A DNA stretch of 64,000 nt from an uncultured Alphaproteobacteria bacterium (GTDB lineage Bacteria; Pseudomonadota; Alphaproteobacteria; Rs-D84). Of the stretch, positions 17,844-26,733 are shown piece after piece. Position numbers and translations under genes: made by a program. The stretch is taken from assembly GCA_947054455.1 (NCBI GenBank), contig CAMRWN010000004.1, positions 11,867-75,866 on the forward strand, written 5' to 3'. The notes beneath the pieces were generated by a model. The model was not told the DNA's origin. It did no database searches and saw only the letters and a program-made list of their open reading frames with translations. Within the stretch, counting starts at the first letter, position 1. The number at the start of each line of letters is the position of its first letter.

Positions 17844-18386
17844 TCAGTTTTCCTGGGTGGCCAGCTGGCGGGCCTGGGCAAAGAATGTCAGCGACTGGCC
17901 CAGCAGGCCGTCGGTGAACGTCGCGGCCAAAATGCCGTCAGGTTCGGTTGCGGTCAAATGCCCCAGCAGGCGGTCGGCGCGGTTCATGTAGTTTTCAACG
18001 CTTCGCGATACTTCGGTGTCCAGCTTTATCGCGCGGCGCAGTTTTTCCAACGCGAACGGGTTTTTCGCATATTCGTCCATTATGCCGCCCAGTGCGCGCC
18101 ACAACGGGTGTTCCGACGTTGCGCGCGGCATGATGTCGATGGCGGCCATTATGGGAATCAGGCTCTGCAGCAGGTCCTGGTATATCATTTCTGCGTTTTC
18201 CGCAACCGCGTTCGTGGCCGTTTTGTTTTTCAGAACCGCCTGCATTTTTACAATCAGGCTGTACTGGTGCGCCAGCGTCTTGTTCATGTCGCGGACACGG
18301 GCGGATATGGCGAACATGAACGCCGCCAATGCGGCCGTGCAGACGGCTATTATTAAAATTCCGGCCAAAATCAATGCGTCCTGCAT
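17844..18386 (-). CDS. Hypothetical membrane-anchored protein
   Basis: 180 aa with one N-terminal TM helix (ILAGILIIAVCTAALAAFMFAI), then a helical region. It ends 6 nt upstream of sufB. Confidence 0.5.
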   Translation of the reverse strand: MQDALILAGILIIAVCTAALAAFMFAISARVRDMNKTLAHQYSLIVKMQAVLKNKTATNAVAENAEMIYQDLLQSLIPIMAAIDIMPRATSEHPLWRALGGIMDEYAKNPFALEKLRRAIKLDTEVSRSVENYMNRADRLLGHLTATEPDGILAATFTDGLLGQSLTFFAQARQLATQEN

Positions 18387-18499
18387 TTTTGCGTCCCCCT
18401 TGTGGTTTTTAATTTCGATTGCAGTATAACATCTTTTGTCGATTCGTGCGATTTTATCTTTTCGTCGCGTGGCGCATGCATAAAACGATGTTTTAGGCC

Positions 18500-18528
18500 T
18501 TGCACAGATTCGGTCAAGTTGTTATAAT
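18500..18528 (+). promoter_or_regulatory. Candidate sigma70 promoter of the TcpQ-like/secretin pair
   Basis: TTGCAC-N17-TATAAT, about 40 nt upstream of the ATG at 18566. Confidence 0.5.
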
Positions 18529-18565
18529 AAGCATATTAAGGTAAGGTAAAGAAAGGAAGTCTTTT

Positions 18566-19489
18566 ATGTTCCGCAAGATTTTGATTGTCGCAATGTTCGG
18601 ATGCGCCGCAGGTTATTGCTTTGCTGCGGAAACGATGCCCCAGGTGGTCACGTCAGAGGTTTTTTACACCGAATCCCGCGATGTTGATGAAAACCGGTAC
18701 GAGCAGGTTGACACAATATCCGTAGAGGCGGCGCCGATGTTCGAAGTGCCGGCGTGGCCGATTGCAGGTTCCGACGCCGATGTCGAGGTTTCATGCCAGT
18801 CGGGTGGATGCGCCGGGAAAAAGCAGTCGGACAATATTCGCATCGTTTCAAAAATAGGCGCGGACATGGTTGTTGAAAACAATTTCAATCTGGGTGCGCG
18901 CGGTGAATTCGGCGGATGGTCGGGCGGGGCGAACCTGCTGCATGGAACGCAGATTCCGGTCGGATTCGACGACGAATGCAATAATGGTTCTGAAATGCCC
19001 CTGCTGCACCGCGAGGTGTTGGAAGACGACGGCGGAGATGTTCTGACCCTGTCGCGCAGCGGGCGTAAAAACTGTGCAAAGTATGCGGACGGTTATACGG
19101 CGTATCTGGCCAAGGCGGGGTTGAGCGAGGAGGTTGAAACCACAATCGCCGCCGGCACGGACGCGGCGGATGCCGATGTTGAAATTTCGGTCGATATATC
19201 TGCCGATGCCGAGGCGCCGGTTCAGATGGCCGACCAGGTGCGTTCGTGGGTCGTGGCGAACGGACAGACACTGCGCGGCGTGCTGCAGGCGTGGTGCGAC
19301 AAGGAAGGATGGGATTTGGTTTGGACGACGCCGCGCGAATACCCGATAGAGGCCAGCGCCGTGTTCAAGGGACGCTTTGTTGACGTTGCGTCTGCGCTGG
19401 TGCGCAATTTCGGTCGCGCAACGCCTGTTCCGTATGCGAAATTTTACAAGGGAAACCGCGTGCTGGTCATATCGACATCCGAAGAATAA
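18566..19489 (+). CDS. Secreted protein with a TcpQ/PilL-like C-terminal domain
   Basis: It has a signal peptide. The C-terminus WVVANGQTLRGVLQAWCDKEGWDLVWTTPREYPIEASAVFKGRFVDVASALV matches the TcpQ/PilL pattern (G.tLr..L..W....GW.lvW) as I recall it. Confidence 0.55.
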   Translation: MFRKILIVAMFGCAAGYCFAAETMPQVVTSEVFYTESRDVDENRYEQVDTISVEAAPMFEVPAWPIAGSDADVEVSCQSGGCAGKKQSDNIRIVSKIGADMVVENNFNLGARGEFGGWSGGANLLHGTQIPVGFDDECNNGSEMPLLHREVLEDDGGDVLTLSRSGRKNCAKYADGYTAYLAKAGLSEEVETTIAAGTDAADADVEISVDISADAEAPVQMADQVRSWVVANGQTLRGVLQAWCDKEGWDLVWTTPREYPIEASAVFKGRFVDVASALVRNFGRATPVPYAKFYKGNRVLVISTSEE

Positions 19490-19519
19490 CGCATAAATCT
19501 GGCAGTAGGAGAAATATAG

Positions 19520-21148
19520 ATGAAAAATCCGATGAAGTTTTTCTTTATGTGCGGCGTGCTGGGCGCCATGGTTGCGGGATGCGCAACAAAAGATTCTGCC
19601 AAGGTTGCGGCGTCGGTCGACCAGGATTTTATTAATGCGTACGACGCGTTTGAAATGTCCAAGAATCCGCGCGCCAAGGTTGCCAGCGGCGACACGGTAT
19701 CGATGTCCGAAGGTGTGTGGCTGGGGAACAAGTCGACAGTTTTGGAACACAGAAACAATCTGCCGGCACAGTTCGAAACCGACACCGGTATCACGATTTT
19801 GCTGAACGAGCCGGTTGGTCTGCAGGTGCTGGCAAACGACATAAATTCGATAACAGGCATTCCGGTTAAAATAGATAGCCAGATAAGCGCGGAAAAACTG
19901 AAAAAGGCGATGAATATAGCCTATACCGGAAAGCTGTCGGGACTGTTGTCGCAGGTGGCGACGGATTTGGATTTGCTGTGGTATTATGACAAGAACGCCA
20001 TAGTTTTCTATGAAACGGAAACCAAGACTTTCACATTATATGCACTGGGGACCGAGGTTTCTTATCAGACCGCCGTCAACACGGACGACGGCAACCAGGT
20101 GTCGCTGGAATCCACGCTAAAGGAATGGGACGAGGTTGAAAACGCCATTACGGCCATTATCGGACGTGCGGACAACGCGGATTTCACCGTTTCACGCAGT
20201 TTGGGAACCATCACGGTCAGTGCGCCGCCGTCGATTCTGGCGCGTGTTGGCGAATATATTGCCAAGCAGAACAAACGTTTGTCGCAGCTGGTAACGATTG
20301 ACGTCAAGGTTTTGCAGGTCTCGATTTCCAATGATACGGCATTTGGTCTGAATCTGGCCGCGGCGATTAATTCCGCGTCCGGTCTGAACATTGTGGCCAA
20401 CCCGAAAAACAATCTGGCCACGACCGAGGCCAGTTCGATGAACATAGCCGTGCTGTCGAACACTGTGTCTGCGCTGACGGGGGCGACGCATATTGAAAAC
20501 GGCGAAGTTGTGCCGGGTGCATACACGCCGGATCAGATTGCAAACGGTTCGTTGTCCGGTGTCGCGGGCAGCAATGCGTTGATAGAGGCGCTGGCAAAGC
20601 AGGGCAAGGTATCGTTGGTGACAAATGTCGGTGTTACGACACGAAACAACCGCGTTGCGCCGGTAAACAATACGCGCACGACCGGATATATCAAGCGGTT
20701 TGAATCCAGAAACTTTACGACTGTTGAATCGTCCACCGTGGACCAGGACGATTTGGAAACCGGATTTTCGATGCAGCTGCTGCCGAATGTGTTGGAAAAC
20801 GGCAAGATACTGTTGCTGTTTAGAATGTCGGTTCGTGAACTGCTGAAGATGTCCACCCAGACAATAGGCGAGGTGACATTGCAGCTGCCCGAGGTCGAAG
20901 AACGCAGCTTTATGCAGGAGGTTATAATGGAATCCGGCCAGATGCTGGTCGTGTCGGGATTCGAAAAGCAGAATAATTCCGATATGCGCTATGGTTTGGG
21001 TGATCCGGACTTTATGGCGCTGTCTGGTTCGCGTGAAACATCGGCCCAGCGTGATGTACTGGTCGTTATACTGACGCCGCAGGTTCTGATAAGCCCGATG
21101 GATGCGGAACGCACGATACAACAGCATTGGGGTGCGCCGCTGAACTGA
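19520..21148 (+). CDS. Lipoprotein secretin (PilN/BfpB/TcpC-like outer-membrane channel)
   Basis: Lipobox MVAGC. Secretin C-domain blocks are TGFSMQLLPNVLENGKILL, LPEVEERSFMQEVIMESGQMLVVSGF and RDVLVVILTPQVL. A secretin-N-like region lies upstream. Confidence 0.75.
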   Translation: MKNPMKFFFMCGVLGAMVAGCATKDSAKVAASVDQDFINAYDAFEMSKNPRAKVASGDTVSMSEGVWLGNKSTVLEHRNNLPAQFETDTGITILLNEPVGLQVLANDINSITGIPVKIDSQISAEKLKKAMNIAYTGKLSGLLSQVATDLDLLWYYDKNAIVFYETETKTFTLYALGTEVSYQTAVNTDDGNQVSLESTLKEWDEVENAITAIIGRADNADFTVSRSLGTITVSAPPSILARVGEYIAKQNKRLSQLVTIDVKVLQVSISNDTAFGLNLAAAINSASGLNIVANPKNNLATTEASSMNIAVLSNTVSALTGATHIENGEVVPGAYTPDQIANGSLSGVAGSNALIEALAKQGKVSLVTNVGVTTRNNRVAPVNNTRTTGYIKRFESRNFTTVESSTVDQDDLETGFSMQLLPNVLENGKILLLFRMSVRELLKMSTQTIGEVTLQLPEVEERSFMQEVIMESGQMLVVSGFEKQNNSDMRYGLGDPDFMALSGSRETSAQRDVLVVILTPQVLISPMDAERTIQQHWGAPLN

Positions 21149-21157
21149 TAAAAATAA

Positions 21158-21181
21158 AACGCCGCATTGCGGCGTTTTTTA
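21158..21181 (+). terminator. Rho-independent terminator after the secretin gene
   Basis: AAACGCCGC-ATTG-CGGCGTTT plus a T-run. Confidence 0.75.
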
Positions 21182-21184
21182 TGA

Positions 21185-21213
21185 TTGATAAAATAGGCGC
21201 AATGTCTTATAAT
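21185..21213 (+). promoter_or_regulatory. Strong sigma70-like promoter
   Basis: TTGATA-N17-TATAAT, about 30 nt upstream of the decayed palindrome at 21245. Confidence 0.55.
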
Positions 21214-21244
21214 ATACGGTGTGCGGGGTGGAAATGTCCTGCCG

Positions 21245-21261
21245 AATCCAAACGGTGGATT
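21245..21261. promoter_or_regulatory. Shortened copy of the palindromic site (AATCCAAAC-GGTG-GATT)
   Basis: It has the same left arm and GGTG core as 15861. The right arm carries a deletion of about 5 nt. Confidence 0.55.
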
Positions 21262-21323
21262 GTTTTGGCAATATTTGCATATTGAAAAATCCCCGAATTC
21301 TGCTGCATTTGGTTCCCTCGTTT

Positions 21324-21539
21324 TTGCCTAATCCAAACGACCGCTTTTTTTCTCTTTTATTATTCTGTGGCGCGGTTCCGCAATTGGCGCATGGCGCCGG
21401 ATATTCCTGTCCCGCATACAAGATGTACACCAAGTGTTCGTTCGGACGGTATATGTCTTATGATGGTCAGTATAACGCAACGCCGCGTGCCGGAAACGAA
21501 TGCGTTGTATTCCGCACGCCAGACCACGCCAGCAATTAA
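21324..21539 (+). pseudogene. Probable decayed paralogue of the Cys-rich secreted family
   Basis: FFSLLLFCGAVPQLAHGAG resembles the signal peptide SFFIFCGAISTAAAVSG of the 15909 gene. There is no ATG and no good RBS, only an in-frame TTG at 21324. The C-terminus seems to continue in another frame (21540-21645). Confidence 0.3.
21329..21340. promoter_or_regulatory. Half-site TAATCCAAACGA
   Basis: This 12-mer is identical to the one at 24907-24918. No right arm is present. Confidence 0.45.
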
Positions 21540-21667
21540 TGTTTTGTATAATAATAGCATATGCTATGGCAGTCTGGCCGTTGGCGCGGCGGCCGGCGAA
21601 TTGAACATGAACGTGGGCGGAAAAATATATCACACCACAAAATAGTGCATCATGCAGGCATAAAAAA

Positions 21668-21716
21668 CATCCCTTTTTGTCCGACTGTCAATATATTCGG
21701 ACTACAAAAAGGGATG
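21668..21716 (-). terminator. Long-hairpin terminator of rpsT
   Basis: A 13-bp stem CATCCCTTTTTGT/ACAAAAAGGGATG, with a T-run on the minus strand. Confidence 0.7.
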
Positions 21717-21744
21717 CTTGATTCAAACAGAATTTATTCAGCAA

Positions 21745-22005
21745 TTACGCCATTTGCGCGACTTTCTTGGTCAGGCGCGAAACCTTGCGGGCGGCACGCT
21801 TTTTCGGCATGATTTTGCCGGCGGCCTTCATGATTTTGCTTTCCGCGTTGCGCGCAGCTGTTGTCGCGGCGGCCTTGTCGCCGGATGCGATGGCTGTCAA
21901 CGCCTTTTTGGTTTCTGTCTTAACCGCGCTGCGACGGGCGGTGTTTACGGCATTTTTCTTTGCTGTTACCAAAATTCTTTTTTCAGATGACTTGTGATTT
22001 GCCAC
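21745..22005 (-). CDS. rpsT: 30S ribosomal protein S20
   Basis: MANHKSSEKRILVTAKKNAVNTARRSAVKT is the canonical S20 N-terminus. Confidence 0.95.
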   Translation of the reverse strand: MANHKSSEKRILVTAKKNAVNTARRSAVKTETKKALTAIASGDKAAATTAARNAESKIMKAAGKIMPKKRAARKVSRLTKKVAQMA

Positions 22006-22078
22006 TTTATTTTCCTTTTATTTTAGTCATGTTTTTGATATTTTATAGAAAACAAACATAAAATCAAGGAAAAATAAA

Positions 22079-22666
22079 ATGATATTTGCAATTGCTATTA
22101 TTATATCCTATCTGCTGGGCAGCATTCCGATGGGCCTGTTGATTTCCCGTGCGGCGGGCAAGGGCGACCTGCGCAAGGTCGGCAGTGGCAACATCGGCGC
22201 GACAAACGTCATGCGCGTGGGCGGATTTCGTCTGGCGGCGCTGACCTGGCTGCTGGACATGGCAAAAACGATTGCCGCGGTTTTAATCGGCATGTGGCTG
22301 GGCGGTGCGGCGATGGGCGCATGGTGCGGCTTTGCGGCCGTATTTGGACACTGTTATCCGGTTTGGCTGCGTTTCCGCGGCGGCAAGGGGATATCTTCGC
22401 TCTTTGGGGTTTTGTTGGCAATCAGCCCGGTTTCGTTTGTGTTCTGTGGGCTGGAATGGCTGGTGATTGCACTGACATCGGGGTATTCTTCGCTGGGGGC
22501 GGTTTTTGTGTTCTGCCTGATGCCGGCGTTTGGATTTGCGATATCTGCGGATGTGGGCTTTGCATTTTTGGCAATCGGTCTGCTGTGCATGTGGCGGCAC
22601 CGTGCAAATATTGTACGTCTGTTGCGTGGAACAGAATCGAAAATTGAATGGAAATGGAAAAAATAA
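22079..22666 (+). CDS. plsY: Glycerol-3-phosphate acyltransferase PlsY
   Basis: YLLGSIP, GSGNIGATNVMRVGG and FRGGKG motifs. Confidence 0.9.
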   Translation: MIFAIAIIISYLLGSIPMGLLISRAAGKGDLRKVGSGNIGATNVMRVGGFRLAALTWLLDMAKTIAAVLIGMWLGGAAMGAWCGFAAVFGHCYPVWLRFRGGKGISSLFGVLLAISPVSFVFCGLEWLVIALTSGYSSLGAVFVFCLMPAFGFAISADVGFAFLAIGLLCMWRHRANIVRLLRGTESKIEWKWKK

Positions 22667-22768
22667 TCGGTTGAAATGGGGGGGCGGTGTTTGCGGCCCC
22701 CCCTATCTTTTAGCTTTATTTTTAAGCATTTTTATGATATAATGCCAATATAAAACAGGGTGAGTAGA

Positions 22769-23632
22769 ATGAAAAGTTTCGTATCTTTTTTTGCAATTTG
22801 CATGGTCGCCACATCGGCTGTCGCGCTGACACCCGCCGGGCAGGGCCGGCGCGCAATGTCCGCGCAGATGGGGGCGCCGCGTGCGACCGCATCCACGAAC
22901 CAGCTGGCGGCGATGGCGTCAATGTCTGTTTCCGCATCAAATCCCACAGCGTCGGTAAATATTAACAAGCCCAGCGTCCGTGTCGAAGATACGACTGCAA
23001 CGGTGCCTGCGCCCGTGGATAAACGTGAAAAGGAAAAGGCGGCGTGTCTGGGAAACAACATAGGAATCGGCAATACGTTCGTCTGGGCGTCGCGATATAG
23101 CAATGTTGCAAACTATGCATCTATGGTCGAAGACGTGGACAATCCTGAAAACAACACATGTTTTGTAAAGGTTGGCCTGAAATCCGACGATTCCAGAATC
23201 AATGTTGCGGACATACCGACCCAGTATTATGAAATGGGCCGCGACATCACGTGCGGCGCATGGGCGAACGAAGATATGCTGAGACAGCGTATTCTGGATG
23301 CTAAAAAGAAGGGACGCACGTGGGGTACCGTCGCGGGTGCCGTCGGTGGCGCGGGCCTGGGTGTCGGAATTATGGAACTGTTCGGAAACGCCGCAATCGG
23401 TGGCAAGGTTGAAGGTCAAAAGGCGCTGGATGAAAAAGCGCGGTTGCGTTCACAGTTGCTGGCGTTGAAAAAAGAGGGAAATCAGGAATATAAGTCTTTT
23501 ATGGGGCATCTGAAAACATTCGCCAAAGAATGCGACAGCGAAATATGGAATGAAGCTGGCGCCCAGAAGCCGGAAGAGTGCGGCAAGCTGGATTACAAGG
23601 CGTTGCTGGAGATAGACAAGGCAAGCATATAA
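22769..23632 (+). CDS. Secreted, C-terminally membrane-anchored protein related to the 26419/27880 family
   Basis: Signal peptide MKSFVSFFAICMVATSAVA (an alternative GTG start lies at 22760). The Gly-rich TM segment GRTWGTVAGAVGGAGLGVGI resembles GARLVSDSVAGVVLGTAGGLI in the shared module. An extended -10 TGATATAAT lies at 22735-22743. Confidence 0.6.
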   Translation: MKSFVSFFAICMVATSAVALTPAGQGRRAMSAQMGAPRATASTNQLAAMASMSVSASNPTASVNINKPSVRVEDTTATVPAPVDKREKEKAACLGNNIGIGNTFVWASRYSNVANYASMVEDVDNPENNTCFVKVGLKSDDSRINVADIPTQYYEMGRDITCGAWANEDMLRQRILDAKKKGRTWGTVAGAVGGAGLGVGIMELFGNAAIGGKVEGQKALDEKARLRSQLLALKKEGNQEYKSFMGHLKTFAKECDSEIWNEAGAQKPEECGKLDYKALLEIDKASI

Positions 23633-23640
23633 AAAATGAC

Positions 23641-23670
23641 AACGCCCCCACAAGGGGCGTTTTATAATTT
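23641..23670 (+). terminator. Rho-independent terminator
   Basis: ACGCCCC-CACAA-GGGGCGT followed by a T-rich tract. Confidence 0.6.
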
Positions 23671-23746
23671 GTCGCATATATAATATATGTGTGAAATATA
23701 AATATTCGCCGTTGCGCGGATTGCGGTAAATTTTTATAGTGGTGTC

Positions 23747-24769
23747 ATGTCTGATTTATTTCATAGGTTGTTAATCATACGCACGCCCGGAATAGGGCCG
23801 GCCAGGTATGCGGATCTGGTCGCGCGGTTTGGCGGCGCGGCGGCGGCGGCCGATGCGCTGCGTTGTGATTCGGCGCATGTCGACGCCGTTCGCCGTGAAA
23901 TGGACGCGGCCACCGCCCGCGGCATCAAATATATATGCGATACGGACGAATTATATCCGGCGGCGCTGCGGGGGGTAAAAAATCATCCGCCTGTCATCAG
24001 TGCGCGCGGAAATTTGGAAACGTTGCGCAAAAGGGTGGTCAGCATTGTCGGAACGCGCCACGCAACCGCGGCGGGAATGATGTTTACAGCGGATTTGGCG
24101 GCAGCATTTGCCGCGCACGGTTATGCGGTGGCATCAGGAATGGCGATGGGTACCGACACGGCGGCGCATCGCGGCGCGCTGCGTTCGCCGGGCGATGCCC
24201 AGACAATCGCGGTTGTCGCCGGCGGGGTTGATTATGTGTGGCCGCTGGAAAACGAATCACTTTATCACGATATTGTCGCGCGTGGTGTCGTCATCAGTGA
24301 AATGCCGGTCGGGTTCGTGCCGGTGGCGACAAACTTTATTCAGCGCAACCGCTGGGTGGCGGGAATCGGCGAAAAATTGATACTGGGCGAGGCTGACCTG
24401 AATTCCGGCAGCATGGCGACCGCCCGATTCGCAATCGGGTACGGCCGCGAGATATGGGCCATACCGTCCCACCCGGCAGACGCGCGTTCCGCAGGCCCCA
24501 ATTCCATGATTGCGTCCGGCGATGCGAAACTGTGCCGCGGGGCGGGGGATTTTTTCATGACGGATGAAAAAAAACCGAATAAAAAAAATAATTCTGAAAA
24601 AAGTGAATCGGAAAATATTCTTTTGGATAAATTGGGTGTCGTTGCGATATCCGAATCTGTATTGGCAGGACTTGTCCAAAAAAGTGTTTCGGAAATCAAG
24701 CGTGATTTAGTCGTGCTGGAATTGCAGGGTTTGGTACGAAAAGTTGACGGCGGATATATTCGCATGTGA
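23747..24769 (+). CDS. dprA: DNA processing protein DprA (Smf)
   Basis: Rossmann-like DprA core (IVGTRHATAAG...ASGMAMGTDTAAHRGAL...FIQRNRWVAG). Confidence 0.85.
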   Translation: MSDLFHRLLIIRTPGIGPARYADLVARFGGAAAAADALRCDSAHVDAVRREMDAATARGIKYICDTDELYPAALRGVKNHPPVISARGNLETLRKRVVSIVGTRHATAAGMMFTADLAAAFAAHGYAVASGMAMGTDTAAHRGALRSPGDAQTIAVVAGGVDYVWPLENESLYHDIVARGVVISEMPVGFVPVATNFIQRNRWVAGIGEKLILGEADLNSGSMATARFAIGYGREIWAIPSHPADARSAGPNSMIASGDAKLCRGAGDFFMTDEKKPNKKNNSEKSESENILLDKLGVVAISESVLAGLVQKSVSEIKRDLVVLELQGLVRKVDGGYIRM

Positions 24770-24906
24770 ATCTTTTCTTGTCAATACAATGTATATACAA
24801 GGCGCGGAAATCTGGCAAAAAAACGAATCGTTGTCAAAAAATAAATGTTCAAAAATTGATTAACATTCGGTTGCAAATAGAAATTAATCTTATAACTTAA
24901 CTGACG

Positions 24907-24918
24907 TAATCCAAACGA
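24907..24918. promoter_or_regulatory. Isolated half-site TAATCCAAACGA in the AT-rich dprA-dnaA spacer
   Basis: It matches the left arm of the palindrome family exactly. It is also the closest thing to a DnaA box (TTATCCACA) that I can see in this spacer. Confidence 0.35.
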
Positions 24919-25085
24919 TTGAGAAACATCAATCACCAACGCGAGAGAGATAGAAAAGAGTAGGACGAACATAAACACTAAATTTTTATGAAAGCCCAGG
25001 CGGAAGTAAAATTTAGCGTTTATGCGGGGGTGGTTTTTACACTCTTGCACCGGAAACTCTTTTAGGGAAGGAAAGGAGAAAAAGC

Positions 25086-26366
25086 ATGCAGGCAGCGGCA
25101 ACAAAACAAATGACAAACTTGGACGCAATCAAGGGGGCCATTGCCGCAAAAATGGATTCTGCAAGCTTTACATCATGGATTGCCCCGCTGGCGTTTGATG
25201 TTGCCGACGGTGTGTTGCATCTGACTGCGCAGAATCAGTTTTCTGCAGACTTTATAACCAGTGTTCATTCCAATGCGTTGAATGCGGCGGCGGCCGAATT
25301 TGGTCTGGCGGTGCGCGTGGGTGTGCGCGGCGCGGCGGCGCCCGTCGCCCCGGTTGCGAACGATAACAACGCCCAGGCGTATGCGCCGGCGGCAGAAATC
25401 GTCGCGGCCCCGTCGGCCGGGTTTGATTCGTTTGTCGTCGCCGATGAAAACGCGTTTGTCGTATCTGCATGCAAGAAACTGGCGGCGGGCGCGGTTTCGT
25501 TCAGCCCACTGTTTATATACGGGCCGGCGGGCTGCGGGAAATCTTTGCTGGCGGAATGCATCCGCGGATGCGCCGCAGGCAGCACCGTAATGATGACCGG
25601 CGGCCAGTTTGTGGCGGAATTCACACGCAGCCTGCACAACCACAGCGTATTCGCATTCAAGGATTTCTGCCGCAACTGCGACACGTTCATCTTGGACGAC
25701 GTTCAGGCGTTGGCGGGCAAGCGTGCGACAACCGAAGAGTTTCTGCAGCTGGTCGTGGATTTGCGCGCGGCTGGAAAAAATATTGTACTGACTGCGAACG
25801 CGGCGCCGAACAATTTGTCCGGATTCGACCGCCGGATGCAGTCTCTGCTGGCGTCGGGATTGGTTGCGGACGTTGTTGCGCCGACGGCGAACGTGCGTCG
25901 CGTGATGTTGATGCGCGCCGGGGTTGGCGCGGATGTCGCGGCCGAAATCGCGGGACGCGTGGCGGCGGACGGACATATGATTGCGGGCGTGGCGACTAAA
26001 ATCAAAACGTATGCAGAACTGATGGGCGCGTCCGTTGACATGGATGTGGCGCAGCGTCTGCTGGCCGATACGTTGCAAAAGGCGAAAACACCGCTGGCGA
26101 TGGTTCGCAATATGTGTGAAAAACTGGGTGTCTCGTATGAGGCTGTATGCGGGGCGGGGCGCAGCCGCGGGTTGGTTATGGCGCGCCAGACAATGATGGC
26201 GGTTCTGAAGGGGGCGACAAATCTGTCCCTGGCGGAAATCGGTCGTTTCGTTGGCGACCGCAATCATGCGACGGTTCTGTATGCCATCAACCAGGTTGAG
26301 AAATTGAAAAAGACGGATTTGGTTTTGTCCGCCCAAATCGACCAGCTGATTGCAGAATGCAAATAA
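25086..26366 (+). CDS. dnaA: Chromosomal replication initiator DnaA
   Basis: AAA+ core (LFIYGPAGCGKSLL, FILDDVQ) and domain IV (RQTMMAVLKGATNLSLAEIGRFVGDRNHATVLYAINQV). Confidence 0.9.
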   Translation: MQAAATKQMTNLDAIKGAIAAKMDSASFTSWIAPLAFDVADGVLHLTAQNQFSADFITSVHSNALNAAAAEFGLAVRVGVRGAAAPVAPVANDNNAQAYAPAAEIVAAPSAGFDSFVVADENAFVVSACKKLAAGAVSFSPLFIYGPAGCGKSLLAECIRGCAAGSTVMMTGGQFVAEFTRSLHNHSVFAFKDFCRNCDTFILDDVQALAGKRATTEEFLQLVVDLRAAGKNIVLTANAAPNNLSGFDRRMQSLLASGLVADVVAPTANVRRVMLMRAGVGADVAAEIAGRVAADGHMIAGVATKIKTYAELMGASVDMDVAQRLLADTLQKAKTPLAMVRNMCEKLGVSYEAVCGAGRSRGLVMARQTMMAVLKGATNLSLAEIGRFVGDRNHATVLYAINQVEKLKKTDLVLSAQIDQLIAECK

Positions 26367-26384
26367 TGTTTTGTCTGAACGGAT

Positions 26385-26416
26385 AAAAAATCCCCCGTGT
26401 CTGGGGGATGTTTTTT
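26385..26416. terminator. Bidirectional terminator shared by dnaA and the Cys-rich gene
   Basis: ATCCCCC-GTGTCT-GGGGGAT, flanked by an A-run and a T-run. Confidence 0.65.
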
Positions 26417-26733
26417 CTTTACTGCACCCCTACATTGAACTGGTCTTTCCAGCCTGCGACCACCTGGCCGCCTACGACGCAATTAATATCCTCAAAACCG
26501 TCTTCGACCTGGTTCTTTTTTATCACGCTGCTGGTTATCAGACCACCCGCTGTTCCCAGAACAACACCGGCAACACTGTCCGATACCAGACGCGCACCGT
26601 TGAACTTGCCGTCTTCGTTCTTCCATTTAGATACCTTGAAGCCGTTTGACAGCTTCTCCAGCTCGGAATACGAATTCGATATACGACTCGCTATTTGACG
26701 ACGAGCGCCAGCGGATACTTTACTGCCAGAAGC
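26406..26733. repeat. Left copy of a perfect 328-bp inverted repeat
   Basis: Hand comparison shows it is the exact reverse complement of 28363-28690. It covers the last 105 codons plus 13 nt of 3' UTR. Confidence 0.95.

Noticed and set aside
25173-26336. A 387-aa ORF antisense to dnaA. Similar long antisense or off-frame ORFs occur at 14034-14894, 18848-19750, 20192-21127, 31853-32767, 36472-37614, 49454-50773, 51212-52240, 60190-60948 and 62853-63935.
   Set aside because: They are Arg/Pro/Gly- or Ser/Ala-rich with no RBS or motifs. They lie fully inside well-supported genes on the other strand, which is typical of stop-codon-poor frames in GC-rich or compositionally biased coding DNA.
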